Shown here: piece after piece, positions 24,533 to 37,364 of the stretch
Position numbering within the stretch: position 1 is the first letter of the stretch
How the letters are laid out: each line of letters opens with the position of its first letter
Source: Octopus sinensis
Taxonomy: Eukaryota
DNA length: 64,000 nucleotides
Assembly: GCF_006345805.1 (NCBI RefSeq)
Contig: NC_043019.1
Span: 9,175,360 to 9,239,359, forward strand
Direction: 5' to 3'
Program-made: the position numbers and the translations under genes
The notes under the pieces: generated by a model
What the model was told of the DNA's origin: nothing
Database searches by the model: none
The model's input: the letters and a program-made list of their open reading frames with translations, nothing else

Positions 24533-25388
24533 ATATATATATATGAGATGTCTGGCAGTGAGATTGAACACAGATCTCATATTTGGAAATGAAATCGATC
24601 ATTCGGTTATACTTGAACCAACATAAACACTCACATATCAACTGCGTACACACATGTATACACGTGTTCCATATATACGCGCATGTGCCCATACACGGAC
24701 ACATACATATATATGAATACAAGTGTTTCATACATACATACATGTTTATATGCGTTCGCTTATACATCTATGCACATATACATTTATAGGCATAAAAAAT
24801 ACATGCCTATACATACCCTCGTATGCACACCTGCATATATATATATATATATATATATATACATGCCTTCATATATACATGTCTACATACATCGTGTGTG
24901 TGTGTGTGTGTGTGTGCGTAGGCATTCATGCTTATATCATGCATATACTCATATATACACACAGACATACATAGTTTGACAAATTATTTGTGCATCACCA
25001 ACTCGACATTTCGTAATCTTGTATCTGCCACAGAAGAATCGCAATTAATCTAGCGTGCCGCCAGCGCCACGCGTCACGTGGGCGTATGTAAACAGGCAAA
25101 GGACGGTTAAAGTAGCCATATTTACTGGTTGGCTTAGCAACTAAGTTGCCATTTAAATGCCGTCGTCGTGTGATTCATAGCATAAACATGCAGAGTAAAA
25201 CTACAGGTGAAAATCTATTAGTCATGTCTATTAAACTGCGAAAACGAAAGCACTCCATATTGGATGAAATACAAGAGTTTTTGCATCACGTGTTTTGCAC
25301 GTCTTGGAGGAAACGTCAGAAAGAAAGCGTGGAGCAATATGACTGCTTAATTTAGTCAAATCTCCGAAATTACACCCTCCTTTTTTTT

Positions 25389-25589
25389 CTACTCAAGGCA
25401 CAAGGCCCGAAATTTTGGGGGAAGGGGCCAGTCAATTAGACCGTCTCAAGTACGCAACTTGTACTTAATTTATCGATCCCGAAAGGATAAAAGGCAAAGT
25501 CGACCTTGGCGGTATTTGAACTCAGAACGTAACGGCAGACGAAATACCGCTGTTTCGCCCGGCGTGCTAACGTTTCTGCCAGCTCGCCT
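25389..25589 (-). mobile_element. SINE family B (tail type 2)
   Basis: ggcacaaggcccgaaattttggggg...aaaggcaaagtcgaccttggcgg...tttctgccagctcgcc. Confidence 0.88.
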
Positions 25590-26234
25590 CCATATTTACA
25601 CCCTTATAATGAAAATAAAAGAAACACAGAGAACACTTGCAATGGTGTAGTCCTAGATAGACTGTTTCTAAATTTAAACTTCGTATGTATAATCATTTCT
25701 GGAATGTCACTCATCCTATATTTCCTCTCGAAAAGATCTGAAGCAGATATTTGTTCTTGGTGAGGTTAAATAGACGGAGCGAAAGGATTAAGGAAACTGA
25801 AGTGAACACCTCTTTGTTATTCTCATCAACGTGACCTATAGAAAAAAAGGGGGAGAGGAATCGAGAAGAGGGATGGGGAAAGAAGCGTCCCTAGTATTTA
25901 GGTGGTACTCTATTTGACATCCAAAGGATGAAAGACAGAATTTGATCATGCCAGAAAGTGACAGCAGATAAAGAAAGAGTCGACTTTTCCGAGGCATTAA
26001 CGAATCTTCCAATTCATTGCTTAAATCAGGGCTAATTAATTAATTGAAATCCGGATCGGATGTGCGTGTCTGTGCGATTGTATATAGGGATATATATGTC
26101 GATGTATGCACGTATAATATATGTTTAAGTGTATGAATGCGGATCATACGCATGCACACATTCACACATCAGCACGCATAATCACGTGTCTGTCTGTCTG
26201 TATGTATGTATGTATATATATATATATATAAAGT

Positions 26235-26410
26235 TAATCCAAACAAGAAAATACAAAAAAACACAAAAGACACAACAACGCGAGGACGTGGAACAAATAT
26301 AGTATTATTGGACGCTCAGGAAAGAAGGAAAGAAGGAGGGTTTAACGTTTCGAGCGGAGCTCTTCGTCGGAAACATAGGAGAAGGAAAGATCCAGAGAAG
26401 GGAAGACAGA
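26235..26410 (-). mobile_element. Penelope-tail-like dispersed repeat containing a hammerhead-like motif (26340-26374)
   Basis: Reverse complement reads gttt-CCGACGA-a-gagc(tcc)gctc-GAAA-CG-TT-aaac. It is related to 3975-4110, 18790-18850 and about 48350-48470. Confidence 0.6.
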
Positions 26411-27386
26411 GAAATATATATATATATACACGTGATTATTTGTATGTAGGTCTATGTAGGCGTCTTCTATGTATATAGATGTATGTTTGCAGCTATGTGT
26501 GTGTACGTGTATGTGTACTGTTGTATATATGCGAATAAATTTATGTTTAGAGATGTGTGTTCGTGTGTGTGTACATGCCTGCCTGTCTGGTTAACAAAGA
26601 CACAGAAGATGAGGTTTTTGGCTGTTATCTGGGAAATTTAGTTTCGATTTCACTGCTTAGCTTATATCGTTGTCACTTTTCCTCTTTTTCTCCCGTTTTT
26701 ATAAGTTTAGATTTTGTTATTTTGTTGTTTTAGGTTGTTTTCTTTGTAATCTGGTTGTTACCAATTGACGATGACTGAACTAATTATTAAGAATATTTCC
26801 GTTGTTATTGCAGAGAATTTGCCCGAGAAAAAGAGAGAAAAAGAGAGAAACGTGTGTGTGTGTGTGTGTATGGGAGTGTGGTTAATTACGTAAAGATTTA
26901 AAAGAAAAGAGGAGACAAACAGACAGACAGACATGGAACGATTCAGTAACTTAAGAACGAGTTAGTAACTTAAGAACTGTGCAACGTGTAAGTTTTCACT
27001 TCCACATACCAACGAGAGTCTGTCGAGTAGACAACAGAAGAAGAGGGGGAGAGGAGAGAGAGAGAGAAGAGACAAAACTGGTTTCTCTGAAGCAAAAGTT
27101 TTTCTCTTGTGAGTAGCGAGATATTTAGGGCTTAGAGTTTGGTAGCGATTCGGACCGAGATACATAGATGAGTGTGCGTGCGTGAGAGTGCTTGTGTATG
27201 TGTGAGAGTGTCTTTGTCTGTATGCATGCTTCTATGTTTATATCTGTTAATATATACCCAACTAAATTTCCATGTGTATGAAGGCATGTGTGTGTGTGTG
27301 TGTGTGTGAATGTGTAGCCAATCATGTACAAGCATGAATGAATTTATAACATATATATATATATATTTGTGTGTGTGTATACCTAT

Positions 27387-27420
<34 letters not shown>

Positions 27421-27829
27421 TGTATGTATGTATGTATGTATGTATGTATGTATGTATGTATATTGTATTTATATTCACCATCACTCTCAGTCATAAGTGT
27501 ACAAGTATACAATTTTTTCTAATTTGCTTCTTTATATATTTCTTAATTGAACGACTTAATGAACAAACTATTTGCAAATATGAATGACCCACGTGACATT
27601 GTAATTGTTTTCTTTTTTATATATATAATTCATTCTAGAACAAACCCAGGAATTTCTTATAATTGATGGTATATAAATTTACAACACCTCCATTTGCAAC
27701 TTGTTTGATAAATGATAACGCACGGAACTTTTGGCCCTTGAATCACTGTGTTGCTTCTGCTATATATAAATAAGAATTGACATACTTTGAGTTCTGTTAT
27801 CCCGTTTCGCATCTCCGGAACTCTATATA

Positions 27830-28440
27830 TGTGGTCTGATCAATAAGTATCCGTACTGTTGCCATTGTAGCGAAGCTAAAATATGCAGAGTAAAGCATAT
27901 TGAACGTGAACTCTGCTGTGCATGCAGTTTTAACGTTCTGGCACACTTTCCCTGTTTACAGCAATGCTTGGAAGGAAGATGTGTAGCGTCTGATTGTCGC
28001 ATTGACCGTGACGGAGAAAGTTGTCATGGCGATACCTGCTCAGAGGCCAAAGCAAAATTTCAGAAAGTGTATGGGGAGGGGTGAATGAGTTGCACACAAG
28101 TCTACAAGTGGTTCAGAGGCTTCCAAGATGGCCGAAAAAATGTCGACAGCCACGAACGTTTTAGGAGACCCGCAACCAACGGAACTGAGAAGAGCAGAGC
28201 GGATGTGCGCGCAGCTGTGAGGGAAAATCCTCGAATCACAATCCGAGAGTTATTGGAGGATGTGCGCATTAGTTACGGTTCAGTTTAGTGCTTTATCATT
28301 GAAGATTTGGGTATGAGACGCGTGTCTGCCAAATTTGTGCCATCGCGACTTTCAGCTGACCAAAAATACACTCGGGTTTCAGTTGCACAAGATCTCCGAT
28401 TGGGTTGAGAACGATAAAAGCTTCTTGCAAATATTGCGTA
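27830..28440 (+). mobile_element. Mariner 5' half (TIR-like end plus N-terminal transposase), decayed
   Basis: KVYGEG*MSCTQVYKWFRGFQDGRKNVD...RENPRITIRELLEDVRISYGSV*CFIIEDLGMRRVSAKFVP. The start tgtggtctgatcaataagtatccgtact follows TA and resembles the ends of 44250-45455. Confidence 0.85.
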
Positions 28441-28491
28441 GGATTCTGAGCAGGTCTCGCCAAACTTTTGGCAAAATTCTCTGCTTAACTT

Positions 28492-28620
28492 TCTCGACTT
28501 TGCATTTCATCCATTCGGGATCGATGAAATATGTACCAGTGAAACACTGGGGTCGATAAAATCGACTCGTCCCCTCTCCCCCAAATTTCAGGTCTTGTGC
28601 CTAGGGTGAAAAAGAATATT
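28492..28620 (+). mobile_element. SINE family B, 3' part (tail type 2)
   Basis: cgactttgcatttcatccattcgggatcgat...ctggggtcgataaaatcgact...caaatttcaggtcttgtgccta. Confidence 0.8.
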
Positions 28621-28670
28621 ATCGTGTACTAAGAAGGAAAAAAATTGCATTCCGTCTTTCGTCCTTTCTT

Positions 28671-28734
<64 letters not shown>

Positions 28735-29089
28735 TCTCTTTTTCTCTCTCTCTCTTTGTCTATCTATCTATCTCTGTTTTGTGGATATGGGTAATTGAAA
28801 AAGTCTAGTTATGTCTCTCAACGTCAAGTTCATTTAGGTCGAGAATATTGTTGAATTCGTCTTCACATGCTCGAGACACACGCAATCCACAAACGAATAC
28901 ATTGACACACTTAAATACATAAGCAGACACAAAGAAGTATATAACATGCATACCTACCTACATACATACATATATATATCTGCATATCTGTATATACAAC
29001 GGGGTGATTCTCGGTGCATGCTTATAACAGTCAGAAGTATTATTTTGTCTTTTGAGATTCTATTATTTCATCTTCAGATCTGCCCCAGC

Positions 29090-29134
<45 letters not shown>

Positions 29135-29338
29135 TCTCTCTCCTCTATTATTAATACATTTACATTCCCAGTGATTATTTGCACTGAACAACGTCGCTTG
29201 CGTCGCTATAAATACGAGATTAATCATTCGTCTTGTGTAATACTTCATGGGTATTACCTACATATCCATACAAGAGTACGTACACACACAAACACATATG
29301 CACACAACGACTCAAACACAGTTAAGCATGTATGTATG

Positions 29339-29407
<69 letters not shown>

Positions 29408-29672
29408 ATTATATATATACTTGTCTATATATATGTATGTACATTTACATATATCTATGTACGTACATACATACACGTACATACATACACGTACATACAT
29501 GCATACATACATACATACGTACATACATACATACATGCACTGAAATATATATATATATATATATATATAAATATGCCGGTATGCGATATGCAATATGAAT
29601 ATATACATACACACCACACGCAGACACATCTATTCTATGTATTTACGAGTGTGTAGAGAGCTGCTGCGCACT

Positions 29673-29718
<46 letters not shown>

Positions 29719-29883
29719 TGTGTATAAGTGACTCGACGATTGTCATTCAACCGTGACGTAACCAAGTGTGTTACGGAAGAAATGAATCGGAAAGACTGAA
29801 GCAGGAAAAATGGCAGATGATGTGCTGCACACACACGCATACACAGAACGGAGATAGAAAGATACAAGCACACAACCATATAC

Positions 29884-29919
<36 letters not shown>

Positions 29920-30073
29920 ACATACGCATAGATAGGAACACCCATTTGCATAATACAAAGAATAAGGGATAATGTACTAAACTATTAAATACAACGTGTA
30001 GATCATAATTATATTTCTTCAGCCGATGCTTTTTTTCATTTTAATTTGATTGTCATGTGTTTGTATAATTGCT

Positions 30074-30122
<49 letters not shown>

Positions 30123-32368
30123 TATATATACGCAAACACGTACATACATACATACATACATATATATGCCTGTGTGTGTATTGGAATTACGAATGAAATG
30201 CAGCAGCTGTGACCATATAAGCATAATCGGTCGATACTGGATGTCTTTTATTTCTACGCCAAGGTTGCTGCGGAATGGCGCACAGCGAAAGCTCCCCACG
30301 CGGCGCCGGGTGTTGAAGAACACCTGAATGTCACAGACCAGGTGAGACAACTCGGCTCGCAAACACCGAACGTAGAAATACTTTTGTATAGCAAGAGTGT
30401 TTGTGTATATACATTCATACATACATACATGCATGCGTGTGTGTGATGGTTCCAATATTTTCTTCCGTTGAAAGAATATTTATTCGTTCCTGATTTTCCA
30501 ACAAAATAGACACGAACGCCAAATGATTCTGCCAGCTCGCAGGCTTCCATCTCATTTGTATGTTGCTTCTTTCCTAACATAAATATATTCAGGCAAATGA
30601 TGAAAGACGTTCCATGCTTACGACTAGCAGACAAATCTAAACTCTTTTAGACGGATTATTGGTCGATTTCCAGTTGGGACTCCGCTCTTACCAACTTGCG
30701 CACACACATTGTAATCTCCAAGATATTGTCAAATTTGTGAATGTAATTAAGTGGAAAGGTCAATTAAGCTCAATTCGCGGTCAAAAGGTATGGCTTAGAT
30801 ACATCTACGTTTTACCTTGGGGGAAAATAACGTAATCGGTAAGAGCCTCGGCTATTAATAAACAAAAGGAAATGAGATGAGGTTGTTATATTTTAATAAA
30901 TATGGCCACATTTACTCAGTGTAAGTTACGAAAACGAAATGGCTGTGATTGTTAATAAGTCTGAGAGGAGAGATAATTAAGAGACTGACGATCACTGTCA
31001 GTGAAATAATATGCAATAAGACATGCTCATCGTCATTATAATATAAAGGCAGCGGTACAGATACGTGTTTCTGCTGCAATGGACGTCATCGGTATTTATT
31101 GTCTCCCTTAATTCAAGATTACTTGGAGATATTTAACGTTAAGGAAATTAACCAGGAGTACTCTTACAGAAGGGAATTTTATTTTGTATACTTAAAGAGG
31201 AAAACTAGGCAAAGGAAAATGCCTCGAAAGGACTAGAGTCATGGATTTGAAAAGAAAATGAAACAGAAATAATACAATACCTTATTATAGGACAGACTTT
31301 ATTTCATAATAGATTGTTCGTAAGCAAAGATGATAAACAAAAACAAGAAAAAAAGGACAACTGCGTGAGTTAACGTGTCTCCCTGGGAAGAGAAGAAACT
31401 TACGTCAAGAAAAGGAGAATGTACAAGTGTGTGTGTGTCTGTCTATGAGTGCATACCCGTATAAATATACTAACGTGTGTATATATATATTATATATATA
31501 TATATATATACATACACACACACACACATAGAATATCTGTGCATGCCGCGTTATGTGTTTTATGCGCAATTATGAAATACATTATGCGTTATGCGCAATT
31601 AGAAATACATATAAAACACATATGCATTAATATGTTTGGGTATACACACACACACACCACAACACACACACGTACACACATGCATGTATACATAGGGAGG
31701 GATGCTGAAAGATACCTGGCTTCGGGTAGAAGAAAATGCCGGGGTGTCAGTTAATGATTTTACCCAGCCTATTCCCTTCTGAGCTTCACACACTTATTGC
31801 AATGGTCCTTCAGTTTTTCTAAGCTCTGTGAAAAGAACTCGGAAGATTGGGCTTCCAGCCAGGCCTTTTGCAGTGCCCTTACTACCGGGAACTTTTCAGT
31901 ACCCCCTATATATGCAAACCCATGCACAGATATTAATATATATATATATATATATATATGTATACATGCACTATATGAGTAAATCGTTTATATATACATG
32001 CAAACATAAATGTGTGTTGTGTGTGCGCACATGTGTATGTATGTTCACGTATATTGTTAAGTATGTAGGTACATATATAATATATATATATAACATAAAT
32101 AATACATAATTATATGCATATATATATACATCTATGTACATGTATATATATATATATGTATATATATATGCATATATGGGTACAGGACAAAAAAAAAACT
32201 AGAATGAGAAACGAGAACATAAAAAACAATAACATAGAAAAACGAACAACGAAAAAAACAGACGAACGAGACAGGCAAAATAAAGGACATCCCCTTCAAC
32301 AGTTGTCCCCTGTTTTATCTACTCCACGTATGTGTGTGTGTATGTGTACATGTATATATGTGTGTGTG

Positions 32369-32565
32369 TATATGTGATATGTATGTGTGTGTGTGTGTAT
32401 ATGTGATATGTATATATGTGTGTGTGTATATGTGATATGTATATATATGTGTGTGTATATGTGATATGTATATATATGTGTGTGTATATGTGATATGTAT
32501 ATATATGTGTGTGTATATGTGATATGTATATATATGTGTGTGTGTATGTATATGTGATATGTGTG

Positions 32566-32566
<1 letters not shown>
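32369..32566. repeat. ~27-30 bp higher-order tandem repeat built from TA/TG microsatellite
   Basis: About 7 units of tatgtgatatgtatatat(at)gtgtg(tg)ta. Confidence 0.8.
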
Positions 32567-32600
<34 letters not shown>

Positions 32601-32948
32601 TATGTCAGACAAAGCCAAGACTATTGAAAAGGTTGCAAGATGCCACGAAAATTTTAGGTAAATAACGATAAGAAAGAAGTGGAAATTTTATTGGTGAGTG
32701 TGTTACATTATAAAGGCACAAAAAGAGAATGACTCTCCTCAGAATATGCTTCAACACACGAACTCACATAAAGAATCTTGCAAACCAAATCCAAAAACGA
32801 AATATTCAAAATATATGTGTATGTATGTGTATGTATATATGTATGTATATATGTATATATGTATGTGATATAAATGTGTATGTATGTATGTATGTATGTG
32901 TATGTGTGTATGTATATATTTATATATGAGTATGAGTATATATACATT

Positions 32949-33051
<103 letters not shown>

Positions 33052-33420
33052 GTATTTATATATATATAGGAGCACATAAATGTATAATGATGTATGTACA
33101 TATATCCATATCCATATGTATGCGTGTGCGCATGTACATGTGCAGATTCTCCCATATATATACAGACAATGATATGATGTGTATTTAATGTTTTTTTTTT
33201 ATCTTTGGCAACAGACACGATGGCTTAGTTTGTTTGGGATTAAGGGCTGAGACGTGAGAAGGATTAACAGGATTAGGGATTCTGTTTCTTGTGTAACATA
33301 TGTAATTATGTATACTATGTGTGTGACGGCGGAATGTGTATAGTTACAATGCGTATATACATATGTGTATAATTTTGTGTATACATATATACATAGGCAC
33401 GCATATATTCATTCATACAT

Positions 33421-33475
<55 letters not shown>

Positions 33476-33580
33476 ATAATATGTGTATATAAGATATGTG
33501 TATATATGAATAGATATATATAAATATGTGTGAATATATACATGTATATATAAATGTATGTATGTATACACATCTTTAAT

Positions 33581-33932
33581 CTTTTACTTATTTCAATCAT
33601 TGGATTGCGGCCATGCTGGGACCTCACCTTCAAGAGTTTAGTTGAAAAAATCGCCCCCAATTAGATGGTATATTTTTTAAAGTCTCGTGCTTGTCCTACA
33701 AGTCGCTAATGCCAAACCGCTGACTAGCGTGGACCTAAACAAACCAACACCGGTTATCAAGCGGTGGAGGGGGTCAAACACACACATGTGTATGTGTCGT
33801 TCAGTTTCCAAATCCACTCACAAGCTTTGGGGTGACCCGAGGCTAGAGTAGAAGACAGTTTGCCGAGGTGGTAAGTAGCGTAGTGGCGCGAAACCTTGAA
33901 CCATATGATTAAGGAGAACTTTCTTACCACAC
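33581..33932 (-). mobile_element. SINE family A, diverged copy
   Basis: ttttactatttcaatcattggattgcggccatgctgg...ttcagtttccaaatccactcacaagcttt...cccgaggctagagtagaagac. Confidence 0.75.
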
Positions 33933-34559
33933 ACACACACACACACACACTCATATAAAATGTATTTCCATTCACTCACACGCATATGCAAATATAGTAT
34001 ATACAAAACATACGTTTACACATATATAGACATGCGCGCGTGTGTGTTAAGAAGGTGCAGAGGATACAATCGAGTTATCTTGCTAATATTCGTTGTTGTT
34101 GTTGTTGTTGTTGTTCCTCGCGGCATATCGTTATTTTAATTCCACACAAACATATCTCCAGATCAGGGCCTAAATGAGATATGATTTGGCAGAAGAAGGG
34201 GACGGATCAGAAGAAGGCGAATTGCCGGAATAAGAAAACTAAAAACCGCGGCAAAGGGCGAAGATTACGTGAATGAGAGAAGAATGAGTCGACCGCAGGA
34301 GATAAAAAAAAAAGGGAGGACTGATAATGCAATATCTAAATAGGTACTTAATTAGTATAATTAGGTAATAATTATAGGAAACCACACTGCTGGATTAAAA
34401 TACCTTGAGGTATTTGCTACATCCCCTAGGCATTCTGGGTTCAAATAGCGGCTAAGTGCGATCATTTGCATTTTATCATTTCAGAGCTGATCAATGAAAT
34501 ATCGCTGGTAAGTTGAATCGATCTGCCACAGCTTGTAATGGTTTTGGGCGAGTCTAGGG

Positions 34560-35460
34560 CATTCGTCCATGATATGGGCAATGGTTTCATCCACCCTGTT
34601 GTAGATACGACACAGTGGAGACATTTACTCATTCCTAAGGTTGACCATCCACTTCGTGACCAGAGCTTGACCCTGCGCTGCCACTATTATGCTCTCGGTC
34701 TCTTTTCTTAGGGTTCCTTTCATCAGCCAATCCCACCAACTTCTTCCAGCCGCTTCTGTTGTGGCTGCTTGGAATTGGTTGTATAGTCCCTTCCTCCGTA
34801 ATTCTTCTTCATCTCCTCTTTGTACTTCCTTTGTTTTCTCTTTTTTCTCTGCTCTCAATACTCCCTCGTTCCTAACTGTCACTAGCAACTGTCACTACTT
34901 CGATTTAGTACCTCATTAAACTCTTCAGTTCCATTCTCACGCAGTCTTCCACACTCATCAGTCCCCATCCTCCATTCACCCTCCTTCATGTATAGGTGAT
35001 CAGTGTCTGCACGTGACTGATGGACTCCATGCATCGTTACATTCTTTCTTGCCTTCCTCTCCATCTCCTTTCGCTCCTCCTCTCTCCACTTTAGGATTCC
35101 AGTTCCAAACCGAACTACTGCGACTGAACTACCAGTTTATTGCCGAAATGATGTTTCTGGCATTCACCTTCGAAGTCAATATTTTCCTCACTCACCACAG
35201 TTACTCTCTTTTTGTCTTTTCCTTCAAGCCATTGTGTTTGATTCCATCTGCCTCAAGTATTCCCTGGTATTTATAGCTGGATTGAGGTTGAATTGCTTTC
35301 ATCATTTCAATACTTGGCAATCATATGCCTTCTGTCCTGGCAAGCTTTCCTCGTCTCATCACCAGCGAAGCACATTTTGAGCGTCCAAACTCCATCTTGA
35401 TTTCATTGGACAAAACCTGCACAGACTGGACTGTTTTTGTGAATAACTTCAGGTCACCCA
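34560..35460 (-). mobile_element. R4/Dong-like LINE fragment (RT C-terminal region), decayed
   Basis: DLKLF...MEFGRSKCASLVMRRGKL...YKYQGILEADGIKH...MERKARKNVTMHGVHQSRADTDHLYM...WDWLMKGTLRKETESIIVAAQGQAL. Its 5' end abuts (TTA)6 at 35461. Confidence 0.85.
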
Positions 35461-35478
35461 TTATTATTATTATTATTA

Positions 35479-35625
35479 AGGCGACGAGCTGGCAGAACCG
35501 TTAGCACGCTGAAGAAAATGCTTAGAGATATTTTGTCTGCTGCTACGTTCTGGGTTCAAATGCCGCCGAGGTCGTCTTTGCCTTTCATCCTTTCGGGGTC
35601 GATAAATTAAGTACCAGTTACGTAC
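35479..35625 (+). mobile_element. SINE family B, 5' two-thirds
   Basis: ggcgacgagctggcagaaccgttagcacg...gggttcaaatgccgccgaggtcg...aagtaccagttacg. Confidence 0.85.
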
Positions 35626-35769
35626 TGTAATCTGATGGCGGTCGGTTAGGTCCCTGTACCTCTTTATCTTTCTCTCCTCCGAATTACAGTCCCTGGTTTG
35701 CTGCCGATGCGGCAGATTGATATTATAGATTGGCCTTTTGTATTAATTTGAAATTTTTCAATGGTAGTT

Positions 35770-36080
35770 AACTGGCAGAATACTAAGAACCTCGGCCAAA
35801 TTAGGTTACTAGGTCTAATCAATATGACTGTTTAGGTTCTGAATCCAAATACTGCAAAGATCAATAATACCTTTCACCCATAAGCGGGTCTGTGAAATAA
35901 AACTCACGTCAAGTACTGGAGTGGATTTAATCGATTAACCCTCTCAAAATTGTGGCCTTTGTGTCTAAATACGAAATTATTACATGTACGATCGTTATTT
36001 GTTACTGCTGCCTACGTTTTGGGTTCAAATTCCGCCAAAGTCAACTTTTTTTTTAATCCTTCTAGGATCGACGGAATAAA
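35770..36080 (+). mobile_element. Two highly decayed SINE family B copies
   Basis: aactggcagaatac...aaattgtggcctttgtgtcta, followed by tacgttttgggttcaaattccgccaaagtcaac. Confidence 0.55.
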
Positions 36081-36124
36081 GTAACAACCAATTCTTGGTA
36101 ACAATTGGATGTTTGAAGGATTTG

Positions 36125-36330
36125 AGTTAGCAGAATCGTTAGGCAGGTGAGATGCTTGGCAGCATTTCGTCCATTTTTACGTTCTGACTGCAAATTCCAC
36201 CGAGCTGGACTTTGGCTTTTATCCTTTCAGGATCGATAAAATAAGTACCAATTAAACTGTGGGGGGCGATGTAATCGACTTGCCTCCTCCCCTGAAATTG
36301 CTGGCCTCGTACCAATCTTTGAAGACCATA
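36125..36330 (+). mobile_element. SINE family B (tail type 2)
   Basis: gagttagcagaatcgttag...tcctttcaggatcgataaaataagtacc...cccctgaaattgctggcctcgtacc. Confidence 0.8.
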
Positions 36331-36589
36331 TTATTGGTTGTTTCCTTTCGCCAGATGGTGTGACTTGTGCTTATGTTATTGTCTGTCATGGCGTTTTGCC
36401 ATGTAACAGTTTTGACAACCTTAACTGTCGACATCTTTAGCAGAACGAAACAAGATGAAGTGTTACACTTTGAAACGACCCTAATAAGGAGACAAAATCG
36501 AAGAATCATCAATTAATCTCCATCGTTAAACATAATGAAGCAATTCTATGAAAATCTGTAAAACATTGCAGGAAAATATTGGTTTCGAC

Positions 36590-36792
36590 TTCTGGCACAA
36601 GGCCAAAAAATTTGGGGGAGGAGGAAATCGATTTTATCGATCCCAGTGCCCAACTGGTATTTATTTTATCGCCCCCTAAAGTATAAAAGGCAAAGTCGAC
36701 CTCGGCGGAATTTGAACTCAGAACATAAAGACAGACAAAATGCCGCTAAGCATTAAGCCTGGAGTACAAACGATTCGGCCATTTCGCCGCCT
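36590..36792 (-). mobile_element. SINE family B (tail type 2)
   Basis: ggcacaaggcc...aaaggcaaagtcgacctcggcggaatttgaactcagaac. Confidence 0.85.
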
Positions 36793-37202
36793 TTCATTGC
36801 ATCAAAACAAGAAAAGTGGAGTTTGGAGGAGACTGGGTAGGTGGCGCTACTGAAATAGAAGAATGTTTTTAAAAGCCATATGGAACTGAATGTTTTTGAA
36901 TGAAAGACGCTATTTGATACAGGTTTCCGGGTTAGTAAAAGAGCCGTAATAATGTAGGCCGAATCGATCGGCGTGGTGCGGACGTATGAGGAATGTGACA
37001 TCATATCAAATTGTGGAATTGATAGCAAGGGAAGAAACAAATGGTTATTGTTATTCTTTGGTTGTAATTTCAGTCTCCAACGATATTACGCATGTGGAAA
37101 TGTTCTTGGAAATTTCCTGAAGATTAATTTAGACAATGTTCTTCGAACGCTCAAATTTCTTATCTATCTTACAAAGAGTCTGGCTGCCAGCTGCCCCACT
37201 CG

Positions 37203-37275
<73 letters not shown>

Positions 37276-37364
37276 TGTATATATGTGTGTAGGAGAAGGC
37301 ACTTAAGAATACAGACATAGCATATATAATATAATAATAATGATGATGATGATGATACTGAACA

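Noticed and set aside
29790-29830. AAAATGGC (YY1-like) and TGACGTAA motifs as a promoter; similar motif at about 42045
   Set aside because: These are isolated short motifs with no CpG island or downstream gene evidence.
32720-32750. CTGAGGA-gag..ctc on the minus strand as a hammerhead
   Set aside because: No GAAA box follows the stem.
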